NCBI GenBank assembly: GCA_963713925.1
Contig: OY970212.1
Coordinates: 1,152,001-1,216,000, forward strand
Reading direction: 5' to 3'
DNA length: 64,000 nucleotides
Source: an uncultured bacterium
GTDB taxonomy: Bacteria; Babelota; Babeliae; Babelales; Vermiphilaceae
The position numbers and the translations under genes are program-made. This document shows positions 1-10,601 of the stretch, piece after piece (positions within the stretch are counted from its first letter, which is position 1; each line of letters opens with the position of its first letter). The notes under the pieces were generated by a model that saw only the letters and a list, made by a program, of their open reading frames with translations, did no database searches and had not been told where the DNA came from.

Positions 1-935
1 TCTCTGACAACATATTCAACATCTTTTTTAAATAGGGTGTGAGCACGTAATGCTTGTTGAACATGGTGCAAAATTGTTAAATTTTCGATTGCATATAAGT
101 TGTCGAGCCTAAAGAACTCTTCAATCTTATCGTTGCCTGATTCGGTGAGCTGCACATTGCGTAATTTTTCATCAATTTCATAATCGGTATTTTTCGATAA
201 CCGGGCAACAGCTCTATCGGCATCAACATACAATTTGCTTGATTCATCAGCTGCACCGGAAATGATAAGTGGCGTTCGAGCCTCGTCGATCAAAATAGAG
301 TCAACTTCATCAACGATTGCATAGTTAAGGTCGCGCTGCACATAATCTTCAAGTCTGAATTTCATATTGTCGCGCAAGTAGTCAAATCCAAACTCGCTGT
401 TGGTTCCGTAGACAATATCCGCCTCATAGACCTTCTTGCGCTCAGAATCGCCCATGTTATTTTGCAGTGCAGCAACTTCAAGCCCCAAAAAGCGGTAAAT
501 CGGAGCGTTCCACTCTGCGTCACGTCGAGCCAAATAGTCGTTGACGGTGATCAAATGCGCGCCTTTGCCGGTTAATGCATTCAGATAGAGCGGCAAAGTA
601 GCAGTGAGCGTCTTTCCTTCCCCGGTTTTCATTTCAGCGATTTTACCTTGGTGCAAGACGATACCACCGATTAACTGAACATCATAATGGCGTTGACCCA
701 ATACTCGCTTTGAAGTCTCTCGAACAACGGCAAATGCTTCGGGCAAAATGGAATCGAGCTTTTCTCCACGCGTGAGGCGCTCGCGAAACTCATTTGTTTT
801 TTGTCCCAAATCAAGATCTGATAAGCTACTAATGGAAGCCTCAAGGCTATTTATTCGATCGACAATGGGTTGCAGGCGTCTCAATTGGCGCGCGTTATTC
901 GTGCCAAGAATCATCGCCATTATTCGTGCAATCAT
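1..935 (-). CDS. secA: Preprotein translocase ATPase SecA, N-terminal part (runs off window)
   Basis: Manual translation from ATG 935 (SD AAGGA): [18 protein letters not shown]...HYDVQLIGG...[11 protein letters not shown]...[10 protein letters not shown]...[15 protein letters not shown]...[21 protein letters not shown]. Confidence 0.98.
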   Translation of the reverse strand, partial: MIARIMAMILGTNNARQLRRLQPIVDRINSLEASISSLSDLDLGQKTNEFRERLTRGEKLDSILPEAFAVVRETSKRVLGQRHYDVQLIGGIVLHQGKIAEMKTGEGKTLTATLPLYLNALTGKGAHLITVNDYLARRDAEWNAPIYRFLGLEVAALQNNMGDSERKKVYEADIVYGTNSEFGFDYLRDNMKFRLEDYVQRDLNYAIVDEVDSILIDEARTPLIISGAADESSKLYVDADRAVARLSKNTDYEIDEKLRNVQLTESGNDKIEEFFRLDNLYAIENLTILHHVQQALRAHTLFKKDVEYVVR

Positions 936-1105
936 GTGCATCCTTGTATAAAATTTTTAGATCAGGCTCTTAACCCCACATTTACATGCGGGGAACCCGA
1001 ATAAAACCTACTCTGCGCTCGGTTTTTAAGAAATTGTTGTCTGCTATAGAACAGAATCTGAATGTATCACAAAGATGCAAAATCGACAAATGGCAACCCC
1101 ATCTT

Positions 1106-1546
1106 TTACATAGTTGTACAAGAACCTCGCTGTTCGATGTGCTCTTCTATAATGGCATTCGGTAGCTCTATGTTTCGTGCAAGCTGTATTTTATTAAAAT
1201 TCATACGCTCAGAAAGCCATTCTTCTGGATTATCTTTTTCTAAATCAAATTTTGAGCATGTGTCTGGAAAAAGATCAATGAGCTGTTTTATTGCAGAACC
1301 GTTTAGGCTGTGTTGAAACAGCATTTTTCTATTTGCATCTTGATTAGATGTTGTTTGGGCTCCTAAAAGATTCTTGCTTGCTTCAAGTGTTGTTTTGCTT
1401 TGTTTCAATAGTTTCAACCATTCTATTAATGACTGTTCCATTTTAGTTAATTGGATTTCTTCATTGCTTGTATTTGGAGAGCTGGTATCCGCACCAGTTA
1501 TTCTCCATGATAGAAAAATGGCGATAAGCATAATAATCCGTTTCAT
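1106..1546 (-). CDS. Hypothetical secreted protein
   Basis: ORF; probable start MKRIIMLIAIFLSW (signal-peptide-like) after AAGGAA. Confidence 0.65.
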   Translation of the reverse strand: MKRIIMLIAIFLSWRITGADTSSPNTSNEEIQLTKMEQSLIEWLKLLKQSKTTLEASKNLLGAQTTSNQDANRKMLFQHSLNGSAIKQLIDLFPDTCSKFDLEKDNPEEWLSERMNFNKIQLARNIELPNAIIEEHIEQRGSCTTM

Positions 1547-1706
1547 ATGGTTTCCTTCTATTATGAAAACGTGACTTGAGCCCAGTATAAAACGGGAAAA
1601 AATCATTCGTCAATCTATTGAATTGACAGCATAATTGCTTTTTTTTCAGGCCTTTTTATACTAAATTTAATTGATACTTTTTTATACCTTTGCAAGGAGT
1701 TATTGC

Positions 1707-2273
1707 GTGATCTCGACATCAGATTTCCGTAAAGGGGCAAAGATCCTCTTTCGCGACCAACCTTATATGGTTCTTGAATACCATCATGTAAAGCCGGGCA
1801 AAGGCGGCGCATTTGTGAGAACCAAGATGAAAAACATGATCACGGGCCTTATGCACGAAGAGTTGTTCCGTTCAGGGGAAAAATTCCCAGCTCCTGACCT
1901 TGAATACAAAAACATGACCTATCTCTATAAAGATGGTGAAAGCTACAACTTTATGGATCAAGACTCATTTGAACAAGTCGAATTGACCAAAGAGCAAATC
2001 GAAGAAGTAATCGATTTCCTAAAAGAACAAGAAAAATATACCATTCTCTACTTTGAAGGCGCGCCTATTGGTGTAACCCCTCCTTTATTCTTAGAACTTG
2101 AAGTCAAAGAAACACCTCCGGGGGTGCGCGGCGATACAGCTCAAGGCGGAGCAACAAAGCCGGCAACATTAGAATCAGGGCTTGTGCTTCAAGTGCCGCT
2201 CTTTATTAATGAAGGGGATATCGTTAAAGTTGATACCCGTGACTCAAAATATGTTGAGCGTATCAAGAAATAA
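1707..2273 (+). CDS. efp: Elongation factor P
   Basis: GTG start after AAGGAG; HVKPGKGGAFVRTK, PGVRGDTA, VPLFINEGD..VDTR motifs. Confidence 0.97.
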   Translation: MISTSDFRKGAKILFRDQPYMVLEYHHVKPGKGGAFVRTKMKNMITGLMHEELFRSGEKFPAPDLEYKNMTYLYKDGESYNFMDQDSFEQVELTKEQIEEVIDFLKEQEKYTILYFEGAPIGVTPPLFLELEVKETPPGVRGDTAQGGATKPATLESGLVLQVPLFINEGDIVKVDTRDSKYVERIKK

Positions 2274-2355
2274 GCCTACTTCGCCAAAGGCTTCGTAGGG
2301 CAGGCACCTACTTTTACCCAAATGAGGTGGTCTACTTCTTACAACAACGAAATAC

Positions 2356-2468
2356 GAGTTTATCAGTTGTCATGCTGAACTTGTTTCAGCATCTGGGTTA
2401 AGTGGATCCTGAAATAAATTCAGGATGACAAAGCTGTAAGGAACTTTCAGGAATTTTCGAATAAGCTC
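2356..2468. mobile_element. Family A palindromic MITE-like element, copy 1 (short left arm)
   Basis: Core GTCATGCTGAACTTGTTTCAGCATC...GATCCTGAAATAAATTCAGGATGAC and tail AAGGAACTTTC...ATAAGCTC shared with 38612-38810 and 57876-58020. Confidence 0.8.
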
Positions 2469-2530
2469 AAACATTTTTTTACAAACTCCTAAAAATGGAG
2501 TGAAACGGAATTTTTTAGGGGTATATACAC

Positions 2531-3025
2531 GTGATCGATCCAAAAAATGGGCCGAAAGAACCGGCCAATAATAATGAAACTATCGAATTTGATCTGAGTA
2601 AAGTTGATTACAATGATCTGAGCGATCGAGTAGTTCGCTCGCTTATTTTTCATTTATTGTACGCAATGGAAAGTTTTGAATATCAAGCTTCACTTGAATC
2701 AGTCGTTGAGAATTTCAACCGTGGCTATGAGCTCTCAATTCCACTAAACAGTGAACTCGTGCGTGTGACGCGCGCCATTGTAGATGAACGAGCTGCACTT
2801 GATGAAAAAATCAAACCATTACTCCACAACTGGCGGTTTGATCGCATCGGTGTGGTGACAAAACTAATCTTACGTTTTGCGCTCTGGGAATTAGACACCC
2901 TTGAGACGCCGCCAAACATTGCCATGAACGAAGCTATCGAATTGGCAAAATGTTTTGCAGAAAAAGATGCGTATAAGTTTGTAAATGGCTTACTTGATGA
3001 GCATGTTAAAAAGAAAAATGGATGA
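2531..3025 (+). CDS. nusB: Transcription antitermination factor NusB
   Basis: NWRFDRI...ILRFALWEL...NEAIELAKCFAEKDAYKFVNGLLD. Confidence 0.93.
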   Translation: MIDPKNGPKEPANNNETIEFDLSKVDYNDLSDRVVRSLIFHLLYAMESFEYQASLESVVENFNRGYELSIPLNSELVRVTRAIVDERAALDEKIKPLLHNWRFDRIGVVTKLILRFALWELDTLETPPNIAMNEAIELAKCFAEKDAYKFVNGLLDEHVKKKNG

Positions 3026-3049
3026 CGTAATGTCATCCATTTTTCTTTT
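3014..3049. terminator. Intrinsic terminator after nusB
   Basis: AAAAATGGATGAC-gtaat-GTCATCCATTTTT followed by T-rich tract. Confidence 0.7.
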
Positions 3050-3063
3050 TAATTAGACCTCGC

Positions 3064-3173
3064 GCCGTTGAACTTTCGTTTTTGCAGTTCGTATGGATTC
3101 GACTGCGTTGCACTCCGCTCACCACGAACGATTAGAGATTTTTTTACTGACGTTTTCAAAAACTCAACAAAAC
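3064..3173. mobile_element. Family B MITE/REP element
   Basis: GTTCGTATGGATTCGAC...GCTCACCACGAACG core; ends CCGTTGAAC / AAAACTCAAC. Confidence 0.75.
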
Positions 3174-3380
3174 TTAGTGACTTTTTTTGAAAACAAGAAG
3201 CAATTCGCGAAGCTCCGAACGATAGGATTTTTTCGCAATCACTCTTGGAACTACACAAACCAATTCAAATCCTCTCTGAGCTGCATCGTGCACTGTTTGG
3301 ATAAATTCATCTTGATCAATATAAAGTTCCATCCATGATTTTTTCAACGGAAACGTAATATATTCATATTCGATCTTCAT
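3174..3380 (-). CDS. Small hypothetical protein, DUF4177-like
   Basis: SD GAGGGG; MKIEYEY...AAQRGFELVCVVP pattern resembles DUF4177. Confidence 0.6.
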   Translation of the reverse strand: MKIEYEYITFPLKKSWMELYIDQDEFIQTVHDAAQRGFELVCVVPRVIAKKSYRSELRELLLVFKKSH

Positions 3381-3399
3381 AATTTCCCCTCAATTACGC

Positions 3400-3981
3400 T
3401 TACTTCGCGCGAATATCTTCCAACAATTTGCCAAGCTTATTTTCGCCATGCTCATCAAGACCGGTGCCCCAATGAGCATCGCCGATGTGAACAAAAATCG
3501 GTTGCGAACCAGTGTTCTTTAGTGCGTTGAGCGATTCAGGATTTTGCTTAAAAAATTCCTGTAATGCCTTCATCATAAGAATATCTCGTTGTTCTTTCCA
3601 ATCTTTACGAACATACTGTTGCGACGAAAGTTGATTCATCAACTGCAACGCAAATTCGGGGGTATCTGCTTTTTCAATATCGCTAACGATCGTTACTTTT
3701 ATGACACATTGTTTATTATCGGCATATGGCTCAGCTGCCAATCTATGCCAAAAGGTTTTCCATGTGCGGCCGTCATAAGTGAACGGCTTATTTAAAAACA
3801 AATAGGTTTCATCGCCAGCCTTAATGCGTGCCGGCGCTCTCATGCCCAATGGTTTTTGTGCTGCCTCATTGCGAGCAACGGTAAAGCCAAAAAAGGCCAA
3901 TGCCGATAGCATTGTAGCGGTGAATATAAGCATTCCTGATTTTAAAAATTCATTGAAAGTCATAGATTTTTCCCCTTCCAT
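3400..3981 (-). CDS. Hypothetical protein with N-terminal hydrophobic anchor
   Basis: 193-aa ORF (start may be 3963), TM/signal segment. Confidence 0.7.
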   Translation of the reverse strand: MEGEKSMTFNEFLKSGMLIFTATMLSALAFFGFTVARNEAAQKPLGMRAPARIKAGDETYLFLNKPFTYDGRTWKTFWHRLAAEPYADNKQCVIKVTIVSDIEKADTPEFALQLMNQLSSQQYVRKDWKEQRDILMMKALQEFFKQNPESLNALKNTGSQPIFVHIGDAHWGTGLDEHGENKLGKLLEDIRAK

Positions 3982-3998
3982 TTATTCGCTTCCCAATT

Positions 3999-4090
3999 CA
4001 CCCACGCTTACGCATGGGACCCGTAATTTCACCCACGCTTACGCATGGGACCCGTAATTTCACCCACGCTTACGCATGGGACCCGTAATT
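3999..4090. repeat. Three tandem 31-bp copies of family C palindromic unit
   Basis: CACCCACGCTTACGCATGGGACCCGTAATTT starting at 3999, 4030, 4061; no spacers. Confidence 0.95.
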
Positions 4091-4385
4091 GGGGACCCTG
4101 TAATCTATATAATAAAACAATTTATCATTTACTAATAGGATATATTATTTAGGGTGAAAATAGCAATATTTCGATAAAAATGCATGGTTTATTACCTTAC
4201 TGACTAATGGCATATACTATTCCCCCTTTTTGAGTTTATATACAACTGTGATAAAAAAATGGTAAGCTGTTTTGAAAGGTGTAAAAAAATGAAGCGTCCA
4301 CCGGATTGAAAGCCGGTGAATGCGGAATTCCTCGAAGCTTTAGCGAAGTAGAATGAGTGGGTTCAATACTTTTTTAAGGGCAACT

Positions 4386-6116
4386 ATGAACTTTGTCAGA
4401 AAAATCATGCTTGGTATTTGTGTTCTTTTGGGGGCATCAGGAACCATGCTTTATTTGTATCTGACACAAAACGAAACCGCACAAAGTTGTGCTCTATCAC
4501 ATGAACAATCACAAGAAATATCTCAAGAGGCTCCTCTAAATTCCAGCCAAGATCATGCCATCAAAACAATCAAACCTGAGCCACAAATACAATCGAGCGC
4601 AATTCCACAAAAAAATCCGTCCAAACAGACAACATACCCCTACAACAAACCGTTTTTAACCGGATTCCAATCTCAAAAACAGATTGTAAAACTCATGGAC
4701 AAGGATTTAGAAGTCGTGGGTTGCATACCTGAGTGGCTCTACGGCTCATATGTTGCTGTTGGCCCGGCGCAATTTGAAGCAGGAGAAAGCAAGGCTCACC
4801 ACTGGCTTGACGGACTTGCCATGGTGCATCGATTTGCTTTCAAAAAGGGGCACGTTTCTTATGCAAATCAATTTATACATTCCTATTATTTTAACGAGTC
4901 GATCTCAAAAGGAACTTTGACCAATTCGGCCCTTGCCTCAGATCCTAATGCTTCCTATTTTGCAAAATTACGTGCCGCACTTTCCGATTCGGATGATCGT
5001 CCGCCGTATGATAATACCAATATCGGAATTATCAATCACAATAATAAGTGGATTGCATTGACCGAGACTCCGAATGCTATTTCCATTGATCGCAACACGC
5101 TCAAATCTGATAATGAGTATGTATTTACCGATGATATTAAAATGCATACGATGAGTGCGCATCCTATTATTGATCCTCATACCCATGAATTGTTTGATGT
5201 GGGAACAACATTCGGGCACAAAAGTACCTACACTATTTTTAAATTGGAACCGCACAGCTTTAAGCGCGAAGTTGTTGCTCAAATGAGCACCGGTTATCCA
5301 TCATATTTGCATAGTTTTGCCATCACCGACAAATCGATCGTCCTCACGCAAGTTCCTTTCGTTCTGAATCCATATGACCTGCTTACTTCCTCAAAACCGT
5401 TCATTGAAAATTTTGTGTGGAAACCGCGCCAAAAAACAGCCCTCTCAGTTTTCGATCGGAAATCAGGTGAATTGATCCATACGTTTTATATCGACCCAAC
5501 ATTTATTTTCAATCATGTGAACGCGTTTCAGACAGATGATGTCATCACGCTCGATGTGATTACGCACAAAGATCCGTCAATGATAGCCGGATATAAAATG
5601 GCGCAACTATTCTCAAACAACCACTACGCGCCACCACTTGGCACCGTAACAAGAATTACGTTGAATCTAAAAACCGGGGTCGCCACTATCAAGCAGCTCA
5701 CTCAGATTGGTTTAGAATGGCCAAGCATTCATTTCGATGCGATTGGCATGAAACCTTATCACTATATATGGGCTTTAAGCGCGCAAGCACAAAATGATTT
5801 TTACACCATGATCGTCAAATATGACATTAAAAACCAAAGTTACGTCTCTTGGTCTGAGCCGCTTTGCTATCCAACAGAACCTACCTTCGTTCCAAAACCG
5901 GGTGGCACACAAGAAGATGATGGCGTTATTATGAGCGTTGTCTTGAATGCAGTAACAAAAAAATCATTCCTGCTCATCCTTGACGCGCACACCATGAAAG
6001 AAATTGCTCGAGTGCTCTTGCCGGTTCACGTTCCTTTTATAACCCATGGCACATGGATGCCTCGCCACAGAAGATCTTTGCCGGAATTCATTAAGGAAGA
6101 AATTCTTCGCAAATGA
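4386..6116 (+). CDS. Carotenoid oxygenase (RPE65/CCD family) with N-terminal membrane anchor
   Basis: GCIPEWLYG, HWLDGLAMVH, YDNTN, SAHP, YLHSF, FNHVNAF, TEPTFVP..EDDGV, ITHGTW: the four iron-binding His are present. Confidence 0.92.
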   Translation: MNFVRKIMLGICVLLGASGTMLYLYLTQNETAQSCALSHEQSQEISQEAPLNSSQDHAIKTIKPEPQIQSSAIPQKNPSKQTTYPYNKPFLTGFQSQKQIVKLMDKDLEVVGCIPEWLYGSYVAVGPAQFEAGESKAHHWLDGLAMVHRFAFKKGHVSYANQFIHSYYFNESISKGTLTNSALASDPNASYFAKLRAALSDSDDRPPYDNTNIGIINHNNKWIALTETPNAISIDRNTLKSDNEYVFTDDIKMHTMSAHPIIDPHTHELFDVGTTFGHKSTYTIFKLEPHSFKREVVAQMSTGYPSYLHSFAITDKSIVLTQVPFVLNPYDLLTSSKPFIENFVWKPRQKTALSVFDRKSGELIHTFYIDPTFIFNHVNAFQTDDVITLDVITHKDPSMIAGYKMAQLFSNNHYAPPLGTVTRITLNLKTGVATIKQLTQIGLEWPSIHFDAIGMKPYHYIWALSAQAQNDFYTMIVKYDIKNQSYVSWSEPLCYPTEPTFVPKPGGTQEDDGVIMSVVLNAVTKKSFLLILDAHTMKEIARVLLPVHVPFITHGTWMPRHRRSLPEFIKEEILRK

Positions 6117-6118
6117 CG

Positions 6119-7889
6119 TCAATTGTATGACAACCCTTCAAATGGCTTGAGCAAGGTAATTCTTACCTTATTGCGCGCATCATCAACAACAATGCTATAT
6201 TCATTTTGAGTAACAATAGCATCTTGATTGTTAATAGGTGCCGAAGTTACCTGCTCAGTTGCCGGTTGTTCTTCAACTGTTGCGTATGATTTTGAAAAGA
6301 AATCTTGGAAAAAATTTTCACCCTGTTTAATTGGTTCAATACCACGGTGATAGAGTATTCCTCTTTGATCATAGGTATTTACAAACACATACAATTCTTT
6401 TTTGTTCTGTTTTGCTCCAGTTAAATACTCAATTTCACCGGCAAGTCGATTCTTTTCCATATTTTTTAATAATCGGATCGATCATGTAGCTGAAGGTGTG
6501 ATATAAGATGCTATGGGGATCTTTTCCCCGCACAAACTCTGGATTGAGCCAATTCAATATACGTTGATCATATGAAATTTTTGATTCGTCTGCTTTTAAC
6601 TCTTGATTTTTTTGAACAATATCTTCTTTTTCCACAAGAGCTGCTGCTAATTGAGGCAAAACCGGTTGCAGTGGAGACTCGGGAGCTGGTTCGTTTTTTA
6701 ATTCTTCCGCTGCTGGGGGACCTGGAACAACTACCGGTTTCTTTTTCGGCTTATTTCTCTCATAAATACAACTGAAATTCAACTCATTCTTCAAATCATA
6801 CTGGTTTACTGTTGGCCTGGAGGCAAGTAGCTTACTTACTTCCGGTGGGAAAACGGCATGCGAAGGTAAATATTCAAACCCATACATTACATATTTTGTA
6901 GGTTTATCCTTTAACAATTTTTTACTGTCCGTTAAATCCCTTTTAGCAATTTCATATTTTTTCGAGATCAAGTCTGTATATTTTTGCATCTTATCAAGAA
7001 GTGTTCCCATCTTGCTCTTTACATCTTTGAACTCAGCAGTAATTTTTCCTGATGTTGTCTCTATCGGACCACTATTGGCATACGCTTGATCCAATTTCGC
7101 ATAGACAACAAGAAAATCTGAAAATAACGGAATGTGGGGGATGATACTAGAAACGTCGGGAAAAAGCTGCTGTAAACATCATTCCGGCGATTCTATGGCA
7201 ATTGGTTGAATCTTTCCTGCCTTACCGATTTCAACGCTTGACCAAGCTTCCAATATAATAGGCATACTGCCCAATAATCTCGGTATTGGAGCAAAATAGT
7301 ATGAATGGATAAAATTTCCCACCAGTTTTTTTACTTCATCATTTTCAGGATTTGAAAATGCTTTTTGCAAAATCGGAAAAATCTTCTCTATTTTTGCGAC
7401 ATCTCTGACCGTGTCCAAATTGCCAACTGATAAAGCCATCGAAATTGCGGGCATCGACTCAAGAAGTCGAACTCCCATCACTCCCTGTTTAGGAAAGATT
7501 CCGATTCCATACGCGTCAATGACCTCTCGTCCTGCAAAATTTTTATTGAAATCGATCAGAGGTTGCTTTGGACTTGCAAGTTCGACAACCAATCCGTTTA
7601 TGAATTTATATTGCTCATATTTTTCGCTCGGACCTATTGCTGGTATAATGGCGCAAAAAAGTTCAACTAACTTCTGCTGATAAAGCAATAACGTTGAAAA
7701 CTGATGCAATCGATCACAATATTTTTCAACTTCTATCTTTTTTTGCTGATTTGTCCCAACTGATGGAAGATCTCGCTTGAAATAGGTAACCGGATCAAAA
7801 GTTTTGAAATCAACCTTCTCTTGAATATCGGCTGATTTATTGTTTGTAGCGATACATACTATTGCAACAAACAAATTTCTGATTTTCAT
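6119..7889 (-). pseudogene. Disrupted large secreted protein (three ORF pieces)
   Basis: 7889-7179 and 7094-6435 are in the same frame, separated only by TGA 7181-7179; 6460-6119 continues in another frame. Confidence 0.65.
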
Positions 7890-7938
7890 GCGACTCCAAC
7901 TATTTGTAAAAAAATCTGCGCAATTCGAACTCAGTTTA

Positions 7939-9888
7939 TTACAAGTAATATCCGCACACAACAACATATGTCTTGCCCTGTCTTTCAACTTGCTCGGCAA
8001 AATCAACTCGCGTACCACCGAATAAGTTATACGTTAATTTAGCCGGGCCACGTTTGACGCCATTAATTAAAAGACGCACATATGGTTTACCATTTTGATC
8101 TTTCGCATCCATCATATTCGTCCACGTCAACTCGGAGTTACCTCCGGTCGCAATACAAATGCCCGCGTCATCATACACCGTAATATATAAATCGCCACGA
8201 ACAAACGATCCATGCTGATCGATAAAACCGCGGAATGCCACAAGCGGTTCATTCATTTTCAAATAACTGACGGCCGAACGAAGCATCAATAAAGTGGTTT
8301 CTTCTTTTGAAACCGGGTACAATCCTGCGCTGATAATATATTTTTCAAGACCAAGTTGTATCGACTCGCTATATGCACTCTCAAAAGAGCCATGCACTTT
8401 AAAAGTAATCCAGCCGCCACCTTCAAGCGCTTTTGAGATAAGTTCTTGTATATAAAGGTGGTTATCTTCGTCTTTTGCTTGCCATACGTTAGCCCCTATG
8501 TAGTCAGGAGTTTTACCATCCGCAATAATATCTCCCTTGGGTGAAAGCACTGTGATGGTCAAATCACCGACATGAAACATGTTGTCTTTACGAGAAATGA
8601 ATGCTTCCACAGCGCGACTCTTTCCTTGTCGCTTCATATACTCATAAGCTTTTCGCACCACTTCGACAGCCTTATCTCTGGTCACTGTCGGATAATATCC
8701 GGATGCAATGAAATATTCTTTGCCTGCTCTATCGACGACTTTTTCGGCATATGCAAGCTTTGGAACACCTTTTGAGTAATAATCAACCCAAACGCCTTGG
8801 CCGCCGGATACTTTTAATTTCGAAATAATTTCCTGGTTCATTTTTTTACCGCGACTATCGGCATAATTCCATGCATTGGTCCCAATGAGTCCCGGACGAT
8901 CACCTTGCGCGAAGATAGTGCCATCAAAATCGAGTACATAAATATACAAGTCACCAACGACAAAACGCCCCATCGGATAGGTATAAGAGCTAAATGCTTC
9001 TTCAACGGGATACTTTTTCTTGATCACCAAATCATTGAACAACCCAACAGCACCTTTTACCAACCCAACAACCTGATCTTCTTTCGAATGTGGATAGTAA
9101 CCGGATCCGACAACATAAACAACGTCATCTCTAATCACCTGTTTAACGTAAGTCACTTTTATCGCATTCTGCCAATTATAGGTAAGCCACCCTGAACCAG
9201 GCTTTGCCGCTTTAATCATTTCTTGCACAATGAACGTATTGTACTGATCTTTCAGATCCCACATATTCTTCCATACATTTTCCGCTACTTCGCCGCTCGC
9301 AAAACAGGTGCCGTCATTAGTATAGACGAATGTATATAGCTCTCCCCAATGAAAATCGTCTGAATGAGTAAGAGCGTGAAAAGATTCGGCAAGATCATGT
9401 TCGGCCATATATTTTGCCGCTTTTTCCACTAAAGAAACAACCTGAGCTCGTTTTGCTTTAACATCAAATCCTTGTGCCGATTGGGAAAGCAATTCATTAA
9501 TAGCCGGTTCGAGATATACTTTTGTTTTTGATATTTCTGCAGCAACTTCCTTTTCTGCCGGTTTTGCAGCCGGTGTCTCTTTTGATACATTCGCTGATGG
9601 GCTTGGTTGAGGAGACGATGCCGGTTGTGGAGTATTTTCTGCCGCCCGAGCCTGCGTTGGGACAACGGGAGTTACTTGTTCCTTTTCTTGAGATTTCTGC
9701 TGATCCGGAGCAGAAGCTTGATCTTTTGCGCTCCCTGCTGCTTTTGCCAACTCCTCTTCATTCTCAGGCAATGTAATGTGAGTTGCCAGCGAATCTGCGT
9801 ATAATTCATAGATGCTGTGATTGCCACACAAACTCGTTGAGCAGATAATCATTGAAAAAAATATCATTCTATTCATGCAGTGCTTCAT
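7939..9888 (-). CDS. Secreted protein with four tandem single-Cache (sCache_2-like) domains
   Basis: Repeated F..GDLY.FV.D..G / G.N.W..KD..G / GW..Y / GYYP units; signal peptide; Pro/Ala/Glu linker. Confidence 0.85.
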   Translation of the reverse strand: MKHCMNRMIFFSMIICSTSLCGNHSIYELYADSLATHITLPENEEELAKAAGSAKDQASAPDQQKSQEKEQVTPVVPTQARAAENTPQPASSPQPSPSANVSKETPAAKPAEKEVAAEISKTKVYLEPAINELLSQSAQGFDVKAKRAQVVSLVEKAAKYMAEHDLAESFHALTHSDDFHWGELYTFVYTNDGTCFASGEVAENVWKNMWDLKDQYNTFIVQEMIKAAKPGSGWLTYNWQNAIKVTYVKQVIRDDVVYVVGSGYYPHSKEDQVVGLVKGAVGLFNDLVIKKKYPVEEAFSSYTYPMGRFVVGDLYIYVLDFDGTIFAQGDRPGLIGTNAWNYADSRGKKMNQEIISKLKVSGGQGVWVDYYSKGVPKLAYAEKVVDRAGKEYFIASGYYPTVTRDKAVEVVRKAYEYMKRQGKSRAVEAFISRKDNMFHVGDLTITVLSPKGDIIADGKTPDYIGANVWQAKDEDNHLYIQELISKALEGGGWITFKVHGSFESAYSESIQLGLEKYIISAGLYPVSKEETTLLMLRSAVSYLKMNEPLVAFRGFIDQHGSFVRGDLYITVYDDAGICIATGGNSELTWTNMMDAKDQNGKPYVRLLINGVKRGPAKLTYNLFGGTRVDFAEQVERQGKTYVVVCGYYL

Positions 9889-9914
9889 ATATAACTCCCT
9901 TGGGCCAATCTCGA

Positions 9915-10601
9915 TTAATCTCTTTGGCGGCCAGTCAATCTCAAAATAAGCAAGAAAAGATTGATAAAATCAAGATATAATTCCAACGAACCTATCAACG
10001 CTATTTTTGACCAACCTTCTCTATCGACATTCATTGATGTTGCAATCGCCTTTAACTTTGAAACATCAAATGCAGTCAATGCAAGAAAAATGAAAACTCC
10101 AATGATACTTAAAACATAATCGACGACACTACTTTTAAAATAGAGATTCACCAAACTAGCAATGATAAAACCGATGAGACCCATAAATGCAATATGACCA
10201 ATGGTAGACAAATCGGCCTTTGTGTAATATCCATATACGCTCATTATTGCAAACATACCCGCGCTAATTAAAAAAGCGCTAAATAATGATGCCTTTGGAT
10301 ACATCAATAAAATGCCCGACAGCGTCAATCCATTCAAAGCGGCATACAGGAGAAAGACCCCGAGTGCTTGTATATATGACATTTTTTGAATAAGCATTGA
10401 AAATAAAACCACCAATGCAAGTTCTGCCACAATAAGGCCCATAAAAACAAAGCGTGTTTGAAAAATAAATGAAAAAATTGCAGGAACGGAAACAACCGCC
10501 AATGCTGAAAGCGCCGTGACTGTCAAACCGATTCCCATCCAGGCAAATACTCGATAGAGAAGATTTTGGGAAGTTGAAAGAGTTGTTTCTTGTTGATACA
10601 T
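9915..10601 (-). CDS. Bax inhibitor-1/YccA family membrane protein
   Basis: About 7 TM segments; C-terminal LELYLDFINLFLLILR. Confidence 0.92.
   Translation of the reverse strand: MYQQETTLSTSQNLLYRVFAWMGIGLTVTALSALAVVSVPAIFSFIFQTRFVFMGLIVAELALVVLFSMLIQKMSYIQALGVFLLYAALNGLTLSGILLMYPKASLFSAFLISAGMFAIMSVYGYYTKADLSTIGHIAFMGLIGFIIASLVNLYFKSSVVDYVLSIIGVFIFLALTAFDVSKLKAIATSMNVDREGWSKIALIGSLELYLDFINLFLLILRLTGRQRD

Noticed and set aside
3999..4090. Possible CRISPR array (31-bp palindromic repeats)
   Set aside because: Units are directly adjacent with no spacers, no cas genes are nearby, and the unit belongs to a dispersed repeat family.
7179..7184. Selenocysteine or genetic-code reassignment at TGA-TGT
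   Set aside because: No redox motif or clear SECIS; TGA terminates ordinary genes in the window; the gene has a second lesion.
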